DNA from: Lepidodermella squamata
Lineage: Eukaryota > Animalia > Gastrotricha
NCBI GenBank assembly: GCA_047495785.1
Contig: JBLDXI010000002.1
Span: forward strand, 372,001 to 436,000
DNA: 64,000 nt
Direction of reading: 5' to 3'
Below the pieces are notes generated by a model. It had not been told where the DNA came from. It worked only from the letters and a program-made list of their open reading frames with translations, and searched no databases. Both the position numbers and the translations under genes were made by a program. The stretch's first letter is position 1. Every line of letters begins with the position of its first letter. This document shows, one piece after another, positions 48,205-60,611 of this stretch.

Positions 48205-49797
48205 TTAGTTTGATTCAGTGAATGAACCAAGCAGTGAATGAAAAGTGCTACTTGAGCGATGCGCTGCGCCTGATTCCACACTATCCAACAGTGGCTGGGG
48301 TGAATCTTCACGAGTTGTTGCATTCATTTGATTGTGCTCTTGGACGACCTGTAGATGCTCCGTGCTAGCTCTAAAACGCGTCAAACTGCTTGGTAAAAAA
48401 TAGGCGTCGAAAACAACGAAACACGTAGCACTTGCTAAGGAATATGCCATCATTAAGGAATAAGGAACCCAATGATAGTCTGATTGTCTAAAAAAAATTC
48501 GAAATATAATATAACCTCCAAGACAAGCGACATATAAAACCCACAAGACTGATATAATAAATCGCTTTCTTGTTTCACTCAAGTGCCCTTGATAGTATAC
48601 AAGAAAAAGCGTGAGCATTAATGGGTACAGTAAGACTAAAATCCAGTTTGCTACCTCAAGAATTATCGGATACTTGATGCCAACTAGTGTAAGCCAACTT
48701 GCAAATACTAAAATAAAATCAGTTATTCGATCTGAAAATCGATACAATTCCTTGTCAAATGTAGTTTTGGTTAGCCACATGGCAATGATTGTAGCCGTAA
48801 AGTTAGCAACCATGGTTGTTTCGATAAACCTATGAAGCGTTGTTTGAACCTTGGGGAAGGTACTCACAACCATAGAGTAAAATATCTGTCAAATGTCAAA
48901 ATAAATTTGTTTTACAAATTTAGCAGAAGATGCAGTTAATCACCGTATATGCAACCAAAATTGACAAATGCCATGACGCTCGATCTTTTAACGATTCCTT
49001 GTCGCGAAACAAGCCCCCGATAACAACATGAGCCATAAAAAAGAACATTGCAGGCAGAACAAAGCTTATGATAATCCACATTCCGGAATTCAGGTGTCTG
49101 GACAGACTGAATTTAAAACTGATCGCCATGTTACTATGTCTAGTTGCCAGAGGCTTGACCAATGCCCAAATTCCACCAGTATCAGCGTTAACAAAAATTC
49201 CCGATTTAGTGAACTCTGACGCATTGTCGGTAATTACCATGTCAAATTGGCACACCTAGCAAGATTGAGACGGCCATAATCCAATAATAAATATGATTAA
49301 TGTATTCTTACATGTTCATCGTCGGGCAGCAATAGAAAGTCGAGGTGACATGTCGCAGGTATGACACTTTTGATTATTGCTTCGACTTCTCCTGTTCGAG
49401 ATACTCGGATCTTTGTATTGTAATGTTCGATTATCAATGGTGCAAAAGCAGCGCGGTCAATGTAACCCAATTGTGGTAGTTGCAAATCGCCAACTTCAAA
49501 AGGAACTTGTTTAATATTGCCGAAATAGGCTCCCCCAGCTTGACGCCACTTGTCAGCAATAGTGTTGTTCTGCCATCTCAATTCCAATGTCCCAATTAAC
49601 GTTATTTTCCCATTAACTTCGTCCAATTCATTGATCATTTCAACAGTGACTTGAATTGAAACGGGCAGACGCGAATTACGGTCACACGGTGAGCCAGTGA
49701 CAAGTTGCTTCAAGCGGCATGCGTTCGCTTCATCACTCGTTTGACCCAGGAACAAGTTGCAGAAAACCACAATAACCAACAACAAACCTAAAACCAT
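48205..49797 (-). CDS. Divergent Cys-loop (pentameric ligand-gated) ion channel subunit with extra C-terminal hydrophobic helices; exons 49797-49312, 49255-48944, 48885-48205 (492 aa)
   Basis: Signal peptide; PVSIQV..INELDEVNG..L.LRW; IRVSRTGEV; C-x13-C loop CHLDFLLLPDDEH|VC; M1 WIIISFVLPAMFF; M2 DRASWHLSILVAYT|IFYSMVVSTFPK; M3 FIETTMVANFTATIIAMWL. Confidence 0.8.
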
Positions 49798-50454
49798 TTC
49801 CGAAAATATGTTGTTTATACTTGTTTTACGCTCACTAAATGATAAATTTTATCAATTATATTAGTAGCCAGTGGTCATGAGTAGCAGATAAGTAGCATTG
49901 CATTTTGCCATTGTCCTCGGCGGAAAAAAGCGATTCATATCGGTAGCGTCGTTGTTTACATCCGTTTAAAGGTCATGGGTGACAAGTAAAAAGCGGCTTT
50001 ATAAGCGTAAATGAAGAGGCGAAAACCAAGGACTTATTAGTTATCACATATCGCTGTGATATAAACAAGCCTAAATCCGAGTTATTCAATGCCGCTAGCG
50101 ATGTGTCGCCCTTTCGAGATAAATCGACTAACTTATTTCTCCAACATTGATAATCGCTCCACATGGGATTTACCAGTAAAGTTATCACCCTTACTAAGGA
50201 GGGTTTATTGCGGGTAATCGACCTCGCTCTTTCAAATGGCGCTACCGGCTTAAAGCCTTTCTCTCAGATAATTATTTCCGCGTTGTGACTAGTGGGGCGT
50301 TTTCAGACTGGGCGCCCGCGCCATCGGGCGTGCCGCTGGGTTCAGTCTTGGGACCCACTATTTATTATTTTTATTTTATTTTCTAACGATGCCCTTACTA
50401 GCGCTATAGCTAAGTATTGACCGGCATTGACCGCGTGTTGCTAGAGCAATGAGG

Positions 50455-50550
50455 TGCGTTCAATATTCAACAGTGGCTGGCTTGAATCTTGTTCAGCTGG
50501 TGCATTACTTGGATTTTGCTCTTAGATGCCCTGTGAATGCCCCGTATGAA
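50455..50550 (-). pseudogene. Fragment homologous to the 3' coding end of the Cys-loop gene
   Basis: CAACAGTGGCTGG.TGAATCTT...TGCATT...GCTCTT.GA...CCTGT..ATGC.CCGT aligns by eye to 48285-48365. Confidence 0.6.
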
Positions 50551-50814
50551 CACGAAAACGGCTTGAAAAGGATTTGAAAGTAATGGAAATAGTAGCGGTT
50601 AGCAGAAGTAATACATTAATTGAGAAAGAACGAGTTATACCGACGTTTTCATAAAGAATGTATCCCAGAATGGCCAAAACTACCATAAAAATATAGATTC
50701 ACATAGAAGGCAACTTTATTTATTCCTTATTAGCTTTCACTTCGAACATCTCACAAACTCGCTCATCAATTCGGCCGAATCGCGACGCCAGTTCCAGCCT
50801 CGCGCAGTCAGCTG

Positions 50815-51214
50815 TTAAATCTTTTCGTAGGCATCGAAGTTGTAGGCCCCGGTTCTACCAGTGCAATCGTACCACAAATGGCAAAATGTCCCCGGAGTCT
50901 CACCCTCAGGAGCCACTTCCCAGCCAAATGCTTTGCAATCCTTATTATCCTCGTTCTTGTTGTTCGTGCACCATGCGGCGCATTTCTCTTCCGATGTTAC
51001 TCCATTCATTCCATTGATCACAGCACCATTCGGTGCCTCCGAGCAAAATGCCATATGAGCCATCTGTTTGTAGCCAGGGTAACTACCTGCGGCTGAAAAA
51101 CGATATAAACGTATAACATGTTAGTAAATAGCTGCTGATGAAGTCGAGTTACTTACCTGCCATGGCAATGCAGGAAACAGCGATGAGGGCGACGAGAACG
51201 TTCTGAGAAGCCAT
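50815..51214 (-). CDS. Small secreted PAN/apple-domain-like protein, copy 2 (identical to copy 1)
   Basis: Same sequence at offset +4408, including the intron; exons 51214-51157 and 51092-50815. Confidence 0.75.
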
Positions 51215-51624
51215 TTCAAGAAGAAAGTTGAAGAAAGGGAAAATGATGTTTTATCAGAGAGAGAAAATTGAAATGATGGATTCCTAGCCTGCTCGCTACG
51301 ATCATTTATACCCTTTTTCAGCTGTCACCCAGAAAATAAAACAATTGGGTCATATCTACTGCTCAGGTTCATAACAACAATTGCATAATTTTTGCCGCAA
51401 AATTGCCTCAAGGCAGCTGAAGCAACGGAAGAGCGGAGAAGTTCATACGCTACTGTAGGCATTATCGTCATTTCGTGGTACCAAATTGAATGGGACTTTT
51501 TTCAGTTAGCACTGAGCGTTTCGCCGTTTCAGCTGTCACCCAAAAAAATTAACAAAAAAGTGGGTCAATGCCACTGCTCAGATCCATGATAACTACAGCG
51601 TACGAACTTCACCGATTTACCCGC

Positions 51625-51685
51625 CGTTGCATTTCTTGTCATGAAACAAGCCACCGATAACAACATGAGCCGTTAAAAAGAACAT
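51625..51685 (-). pseudogene. Second Cys-loop gene fragment (end of M1 and M1-M2 loop)
   Basis: CTTGTCATGAAACAAGCCACCGATAACAACATGAGCCGTTAAAAAGAACAT matches 48998-49048. Confidence 0.6.
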
Positions 51686-51998
51686 AACCAAAGGGGGAAC
51701 CAAAGGGTTCCCCCTGTGGTTTTTTCGGTTTTTCCATTTTGACCTGGCGAACTAGGGGGTACGATACCCTTCATTCCCCCCCGCACCTCGCGCCCTTGAA
51801 CGGTAACAATCGTCACACCGTCATCAATCGTCATCTCTTCGTAGTGTTTAAAAGCTTGAAAATAGCCGATAATCCATTCAATTTTTATTAAATTACTATG
51901 ACAATAAAACACCGAGAATTTTGTCTGCTGAAACTATATGAAATTATCGATTGAATTCAAGAAACTAGAGATTCTCTAAATACTAGAATTCAAATTCT

Positions 51999-54900
51999 CT
52001 ACTTGAACTCGTGTTCGTGAAGCGGTGCTGCCAGGGCAAGGTCAGGCAGCGGCTTATCGAACCCGTCCTTGCCAACCAAGAAATACGTATGAATTATGCC
52101 TTTGCCCTTCATCGAAACAGCGCCACGTTCTTGAAGGTGATACCCGCCCAACTCATCGAGGACAGCTTTACACTGCGGACTGACGTGGATTCTCAGGGCT
52201 AAACTGCTGCTCTCCATTCGAGACGCGTAGTTGACAGTATCGCCGAATAGGCAATACCGAGGCATTTTCAGCCCGACCACGCCGGCTACAACCGGGCCAG
52301 AGTGCATGCCGCAGCGGATTTGCAGCTGCATGCCCGGCCTGTGGGGGATTACGAAGTACTTGGCGCAGTGGAGGATGTCGAGGGCCATTGAGGCGACTTC
52401 ACCCGCGTGGCGATTGCCGTTTCGCTGCGGCAGCCCACTCGCGCACATGTAAGCGTCGCCGATTGTTTCGACCTTGTAAACATCGTACGAATCGATGATT
52501 TGATCAAATTGGCTTGAAAATTATTACATGTTATTTTATTTGAATAAAAAATTATTAGGGGCGAGGTAAAACAAACCTATATAGGCAGTTAAGGAATTCG
52601 ACAACTTCCAAAGGAGCTGATTGCTAAAACAAAATCGGAAATATCAAAGAAAATTCGAGAAACTCGCAAAACCATAAAACTAACATGAATCAAGGAAAAA
52701 TTTCACCTTAAAATTAATATTAGCCTCATCAAATTAATATGGGGCAATCCGCCTAAGAGTCTTGCTCGGACTTAAGGCTAATTTAGTTTAGAGGTCATCT
52801 CGAGCTTTATTGCTACTGAATTTCAAAAATCTTCGGAAATTATTTAAAAAATTCCCGCAAACAAATTTAAAATTTTAAAATTTCAGAAATTCAAATTTCA
52901 AAACTAAAAAATTTCAAAAATGCAAGAATTTAAAATTTAAATTTTTTTTAAATTCTGAAATTTCTAAAATTTTAGAAAATACAGCTTCAAAGGCAAACAA
53001 ATCTATTTTCGCGATATTCGATTAAGTAGAGGGTGAACTAATTTTTCCCAATTTTACCGAAGCTAGCGTAGTAAATCCGACGATATCAGAAAAGTAGACA
53101 GTGACTGATTCGTAAACTTCCGGTTGAACCATACGGCCGGCTTTCAGCTCTTCGACAACGTATCGCGGCAGCATTTTGGACAGCAATTCCTCAGACCGCT
53201 TTTTCTCCTCGAACAACTCGCCGGTTCGCTGCGAGACAATCGTCTCCAAATTTTCGGCATATTTCTCCATCGTAACTACCATTTGGTCTACTAAATTTGT
53301 CTCCCTATTAAAAATTTAAATTTTTTTGAAATAATTCGAATATTTTCAATTAATTGACTTACTTTCCAGCATTTGCACGCCTTAAAATTTGAACAATTGC
53401 GTGGAAATGGGGTCGAAACGCTGCTACTTCTTCCCAGCAAATTCTGAAAATATTTAAAAAAATTATTAAAATTATTATTATTTTGAAATTAAAATTAGTA
53501 CCTGGCAAGGTCGACGAGGCTATTAACATCTGTTTCGTGAACTGGAAGCGGCCGGAAGGGTGGGTAAGTCCCGGCGAACACTCGCTGAATGATGACTAAA
53601 GAAAATTTGGTAATAATTTCAAATTAAAAAAATGCAATTTAAAACCTCCGTCGGGCAGGGCGTGGCTTTTGTAGGCGCGTTCTCTTGTGATGATTTCATT
53701 AAGGATGATACCAAAGGAATAGACGTCGCCCATTCGTGTGCCTCTCATCGGAGGATTGTCCATCCTCAGCAATTCGGGAGCTGTCCAAAGTAGGCGCCCT
53801 GAAAAATAAGGAACATGTCTTTCTATTGAAGGAACAATTTCAAGGAGGAAACGCAGGAAATTAGTATAGATAAACAGATTTCATCGCGTGACCTGACCTA
53901 ATTTTGTTACAGAGAAATTATTGCTTTTAAGGTGACCCAGTTTTGCGAGATGTTGTGTAATTTCTATTGCGAATGTGGAATTTTCTAGAAAATGAATGAA
54001 AACTTGGCTTGAAGCATGAAATCTACACCTTATCCTGCGTTTTTTGTACACAACAGAACGCATTAGACCCCACCCCCGCTTCATATTATACAGCAATAAA
54101 TATACCTCACAGACAACCCGTAAAATTCTAGAATTTCATCGAAAATATCGAACAAACCTGGCTCTTCGGTTTTAGTTTTCGTTTTCCCGGTTTCGACCGT
54201 GCCAAATCGGCGAAAATGCTGACTTGTCATAGGAAATGCATCCAGAGTTGTCATAGGGATATTTGCGATACGGCAGATCCACCTTGAATCAACCAAAATG
54301 TTGTTCGAGGTCAGTTGGCCGTGAGATCTTATCGAAGACTGGTGCAGATAAGCCATGCCCTATAAAAAAACATCCAAAATTTACAATAAAAAATTAGCTC
54401 ATTATTCAGGAAATTTTAGAAATTAACACTCATTTTTTAATTTTTATTAAATTTAATTAAAAAACTGCATGATAACGTTAATTTTTCAATTTAACTGTTG
54501 GAAAATTAGCCCAAGCCGAGAAAACCCGTTATTATACCATTTTAAACTATTTTTGGAAAAATGGCCTAAATGATAACGTCCTTGATTAGAAGAGCTAAAA
54601 TTAGAACAAAATAAAACGCGCCAACTCCTATGATTCACTTCCTCTTTCAGGTAAGACGAGAATCGACTTCCTTCAGTAGAACCAGCCAAAACAATTCAAG
54701 TGATGAAACTAGGAATGTCTCATGTCTTCTTTATTTTCAAAGTTAATCTTGAAACTGATTTCGCGTGTAGGTACTGCTTATCAGCATTTCTCACTTCGAA
54801 AATTTATTCGGCCGGAAATAAATTTTCTCGAATTTTAATAATCGTTTAAAAAATCAGAGATCCACGAAATTCAGTATTAATTAAAATAGCTCTGCAATAA

Positions 54901-57900
54901 AATTCAGGGACTTACCGAAGCAATGTCGTTGGCGAAGGATAATTTGAAAGTTTTATCGAGCTGAACACGCCGTTTCTGCAGCACATGCGCCAGACTGCCC
55001 TTCGAGCAGTCAGCTTGCACCGTGCAGATGCGGTACAAATCTTGCGTTATCGCATAGAAATTGTTCACATTCTGATGGCGTAAATTTCGCAACTCGCGAA
55101 TCTCCTGCAGTATCATCGGCGTCACGCTCATCGCCGGTTTGTTGAGCAGCGTAATTAGCACTATTTCGCCGCGCAACTTCGCCCGAACTGTCATGCCGGG
55201 CTCGTTTTGCGGCTGCGAAACTGCGATACCGCCTTTTGATACCTCGCGAGATAGCGGCGCGTGGTTGTTGTTATTGTTTTCGCTCATTTGGCTGGTTTTG
55301 CCGGTGGGTCGAGGAGTTGCGACGGAGATTGCGGCTGATGAATCGCGGCCGCTTGTTGCTAACGAATCGTCCTTCTGGCGTTGCTGATCGGCATCGTGTT
55401 GGAATTCGACCTAGAAAAGGACAAAAAAGGACAAAAATTAAGCCCAATAGCGCGCGAGGCTAATGTCAAAAAGCTACTTTCGAATATTCTGTCGGTTTTT
55501 AAACCAAAAAAAAACTGAGAAAATTTGCTATCGATTGAGTATGGAGTCCTCGTTCGAAAAAACCGAAATTTAATCGAAAAAAAACATTTACACGCGCACA
55601 CCTAATTATTGGTCGGTTGTGAGCGGCAATTTTTCGAGTGCGCTTAATTAGGTGTGCGCGTAAAAAATGTTAATTAATTTCTTTGAACGAGGACCCATAT
55701 TTGATTGAAAGACAATTTCCTAAATTTTAATTTGCTATGAAAACCGACAGAATATTTGAAAGTAGCCCTTTCAGCAGAAAATAACCTTACTCACTCTACT
55801 CAATTTAGCATGATTTTGTCAATGCACTGCGTGTCCCATTTTATAATTTTGCAAACTTTCGCGGCAATTCATTTTTTCCGATAAACGGGAGCATACATCC
55901 CACCATTTATCCGCGATTTAAACGAAGAAATAAAAGATTTTCCGTGGAAAACCCATAGAAACCTGATGGTAACTGGTTCGGTAATTATCGGTATTTTTAC
56001 CGGTTGGGCTAAACTTTTCCTGTTTCGAAGCTTCATAATTGCTCTTCTCATGGAAATTGCTACTAGCTGTTATTATGAGACACACTGCGTTTTTTATTTT
56101 ACAGATGAATAATTTTTACTTGTTTTCAAATTTTTCAAATTTCACGACCTTTGAAATTTATCGAAAAGCTTACCTCTGTGTATGGAACCACAAGCTGCTG
56201 AAATTCGTCATATTTAGTCTGCCTCCGCTTCCTGACAATTTTAAACCCGACATAAACCGAGAAAACCGTCAGCAAAATGAAAACTAGAGCTCCAGTTGCG
56301 GCCGGTGCGACAATTGGAACAAGGTCAACTGGCGGCGGTGGGCAAAAACTGCCGTCTAATTGGCAGAAATCTTCGACGGGCGCCACCCGGCCGCTGCCAG
56401 GCCATGAAGGCTCGGCTAGGTCTATGATGCGGTTGTTATAGCCTTCGAAGATTGGAACCAAAATCGCGTCTTCGGCGAAATCGTCCCCATCGACGTCTTG
56501 CCGGATGACGTTGAGCACTTGAATAGCAGCTGCATCACGGTCGCAAGAGTTCGAATAAACAGCGGGGTCTCGGACATCATTAACTAGTGGATAAATAAAT
56601 TTCGAAAAAAATGGAATTCAAAATTCATGATAATTTAAATTTAAATTTTCGATTATAAAAAATTGCTCCAATCAACCGCACCAATTTTTTCGAAATTCGC
56701 CTCATTTTCGTTTGATAGAAAAAACTTTAACGAAAACGTTTTGGAATTTAGTAAAATTATATCAATTTTCTAACATTTAAAAAACGGGTTCAGAAGACTT
56801 AGAGCAATTTGCCTTCAGAGGATCAACATCAAAACAGACGTTGAAAATTCGAAAATTCATTAGATTTCGGACATATTTTTGTTCATAAATTAGCTAGATC
56901 ATAACAAAAATGTAACTGCCGGTATCGAATGAAAAAATGAAAGTGAAAATTAATCCACCAAAATTTTTGATCTCAATAATCTGTTTAAATTCAATAGAAG
57001 GTTAAAAAAGTGAACATACATTGAAATTTCGTGTTGCAGAAAAATGAGCTGATCCGGGTATAGTTTTCGGGCGCATATAAAATCGATCGAATCGCAGCCG
57101 CGGCAAATCGAATTTCCGTATAAACCGAATAATCGAAACCAATCACGTGATCGCCACGGTAACGCATAGGCTAAAAGTTGGAAAAATCGGATGAAATCAT
57201 AATCTGAAGTAATAAATAAGAATTCAATGAATTTGAAAAATTTGGAAAATTAAAAAAAATATTGAAAATATGAAATTTAAAAATTTAAAATTATTAAAAT
57301 TTATTATCAAAATTATTTTAAAAAAATCTGAAAAATTTAGAAAATTACTTGATATGAATTGAAGGTCATAGGCTTTCGGCGAATTATCATCAAACCATCA
57401 GGAGCTCCCGCCACAATTTTATCGATAATATTGCTCAATAAATCCGTTAATTGAACTAGGAAAAACGCCTTCCCAGCCGGTAGACCACCCGACATGGTCA
57501 AATTGTACAACTGGCTCAAAAAACCAGGCAATTCCTCATCGCTAATTAGCATAATAATCGCCGTAGCTTCCTGGGTCACGATTTGCCGCACTTGATTGCC
57601 ACTACATAGCCGACCCTTGGCCAGGTAACCAGTGCAGAATAACGTGTGGGTTAGGATGATATTCGAGTCGCCGGACGAGGCTAACAAGTCTTGAACTTCG
57701 TCGAAAAAAACTTGAAAACTCGGCCAGTTCGGCGATAGGACGAAATGAAACCGCCGCCAGTTGTACCGGGTCGATAGTTCCCGCATCAGGGTGACTACAT
57801 AGTCAGGTTCCAGGCCTTCATAGATGACATTCGGCGGCTCATCGGTCCCGTTCTGAGAGCCGCCGAAGCAGCACGGCGATAGTATGGTCATTTCTTCGTT

Positions 57901-60124
57901 TTCCAACGAGAGTTCGTTCAGTTTGGTACAGGTCGCTGGCGAGCAGGTGGATAGGTCGATCATGGCGTAGATTGGCAGGCCGGGCGAGGAGACGGCGAGT
58001 AGGTTTCGCATGTCACGTGACGACTGTGAGATCATGAATAGAGGTTCGTAGTTGGCATCGCGAACCGAAGGCACGGTTTTGTTTGTGCTCATGTCGATTA
58101 TTTTCGTATCGATACTTGCGTTTATAGCTTGGTAGAATAGCTTCGACATCTGAGAAAGCGAAGCGAAATTTCAAAAATTTCAAATAATTTCGAAAAAATA
58201 TTGAAAATAGATGAAAAATAGCATCTCTTAGCGGAACCAAAGATTGCCACCAGAGTAAAATAAAATTATTTTTTTTAATACTAATTTAATTTCAAATTTA
58301 AATTTCGAAATATCATTGATTCCTGAATATAAGGCCTTAAAATGCTTAAAATAAATAAATTAGGATTCTACGAAAATTTATTCAATTTTTTTTTAAAGGC
58401 CCCCGAACCCCAGGCCAATCGATTATTAAAAAGTTCACTTCCACTTCCCACTTCCATTGATATTTTGGTTCGCATAAGGCAAATTCGTTTAGCTGAGGGT
58501 AAAAGTCCCTTCAATATACTAATTAATGAAATTAATGAAAGCTGGCCCGGTGGTTTTACGGGATTTTGCTGGTTTAAAAAAATTGCTATAGCGGGTTCAA
58601 AAAAATCCGAAAATTAGAAGTAAGGACGTAGAAAATTCCGATTCCTTCATCATCGATTTTTCTCGAGGATAAGTGTTTCTAGCGTAAACTGTGGACATTC
58701 ACTAGTTCGGAAATTAATGGGACATAAAAGCGAACTAGGGTTTGACTAAGCACAGCCGCTCGTTCTCTAGAAAATCGATTAATTGACCATCAGAAAATTA
58801 CCTGACCTGTAGGACGATATTCTTTATTCTTTATTAGCTGGAAAATCCGAAAAACGATGGTTGTCTAAATTACTGGCTCTATCATGAGCTTTTTTCGGCT
58901 TCGGTTATTATCATAGTCCTAATTCACGAACTTCATGGCTAAAGGAGTAACTCGATCCAGTTGGATTTCACAATTTCCCAAAGAAATATCGATAAAAAGC
59001 CACAGATGTCTGGTTTCTTCTTTGTGAAATTACCCGTAGCCTTAAGCTATTGCACTACTACCCCGCGGCATCGTACTCATCGAACAGAAATAACTAAATT
59101 TGTGTCGTGGAAAGTCGGAGCCTTTTCACACTTTTTGAAGCAAAACATTGTAACGTGTTTTCTGATGAATCAGTCCAGGGAGTATTTTTCCGCTAGATCA
59201 GACGCAAGCTTCAAACTCATGTCAAGCCATGAAAGACTAATACCCGGACTTCGAACCCAGCTAAAAGGTTCAACTGAACTTGTTTGTCAAGATCCAGGAA
59301 AAAAAATAGTCCAACTTTTTCCTAAATTAAGACTTCGAATTAAAAATTCGACGCTGAAAAAATTCTAGTAAAAAAACGAAGAATCTTCAACAATAAATTT
59401 GGAGGGAGCTGTAAAAAACGCAGAAAAATAAATTCTACCTCAAAGAAATTTCCACTTGGAAAGGGTTCCCGTAGCGGATAATTGAAAAAAATGTCTCAGC
59501 AAATTCTTTATTTGAAACCTGGCTGGAAACAGTGGATGAATTTTTAGGTGTTGAAGTGAGCGGAACCTTTCAGAAAGGTCAGAAAGCTCGAGCTTCAGTA
59601 TTATTGATGAAAAGAAACAAAAAATCAGCTTTTTCACAGCTAATTAAGACAAGGCCAGATCGGTTTTTTCCAACCAGGATGAGCCTTACCTCAGGTTCAA
59701 ATCTAGAATATTTTTCGTTTTCAATTATCCGCTACTGGAACCCTTTACAAGTAAGAATAGTCAAAAACGCGTATCTGAAATGTTTAATAATTCAAGTGAA
59801 GTATTGTCCGACTATTAATTTTTCAAAAATTTTTCTAAATTTCGAATGTATTGACCTGAAAAAAATAAGGACGAATATTTTGGGAGTAATTTTTGGCCGA
59901 ATTAAACGGGCAAAATTTCAGAATTTTAGAAAGCTCTATCAACTCACCGTGTTTCTAGTAAGCGATACGAGACTGTCCTGTTTCGGCAGTGGATCTGTCA
60001 CGATAACAATAACCGCCGATCGGTTGGGCACTTCAGCCCTAGGATGAACGCTGATTTCAGCCGATTGCAACGCAGGCAGCCAACAAACAACGGCCGCCGC
60101 TGCTAGCAGAACAAACCAGCGCAT
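51999..60124 (-). CDS. Receptor-type (membrane) guanylyl cyclase
   Basis: Signal peptide [21 protein letters not shown]; ANF-receptor-like ectodomain (YNWRRF); single TM at about 56230-56330; kinase-homology domain ([33 protein letters not shown]); cyclase motifs [19 protein letters not shown] and [22 protein letters not shown], with the GTP-specifying E and C. Confidence 0.92.
55459..55775. mobile_element. Foldback MITE, second copy of the 37714-38042 family
   Basis: GCTAATGTCAAAAAGCTACTTTCGAATATTCTGTC ... ACGCGCACACC/GGTGTGCGCGT ... GACAGAATATTTGAAAGTAGCCCTTT. Confidence 0.7.
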
Positions 60125-60611
60125 GGTAACACGCTTGTCTCTAGTCTGGTTCGTCTCGAAAACAAAATCAGTGGAATTAAATCAGCCTCCGCTCAAGCTC
60201 TAATTTAAAAAGAAACGCTTTTTCAGTTTAACGCACTAATAAAAGTAATAGTCAGTAAAACAGTGACGACTCTGCTACTACTACGAGATGTATAGAAACT
60301 TCTTCTAGCTCGGAGGCCTTCGCCAATCAATCTAATGCATGTGATGACTGCATGTTGCATCCGTTCAACGCCTTTTCCGTGTATCGATCGCACTTTTTTA
60401 CGCCCATTTTTTCGAGCGCACTCAACTCGACGCAACGCCATATATTCGTCTTTATTATTATCAACGCGCGGGAAAAAAAGTGAAATTTAAGACGCGTATT
60501 ATAACGAAGACATCGAATAACAAACGGCACACGCGTTAATTAATAGGTCTACTGAAACAGCCACTATTCAGTTGTCTGTCGCGGGGCTTCCGATACAAGG
60601 TGTATAGGGTG

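Noticed and set aside
58342-60047. Plus-strand ORFs of 90-170 aa inside the first guanylyl cyclase intron
   Set aside because: They have low-complexity AT-rich composition, non-ATG starts in two of three cases and no recognisable motifs.
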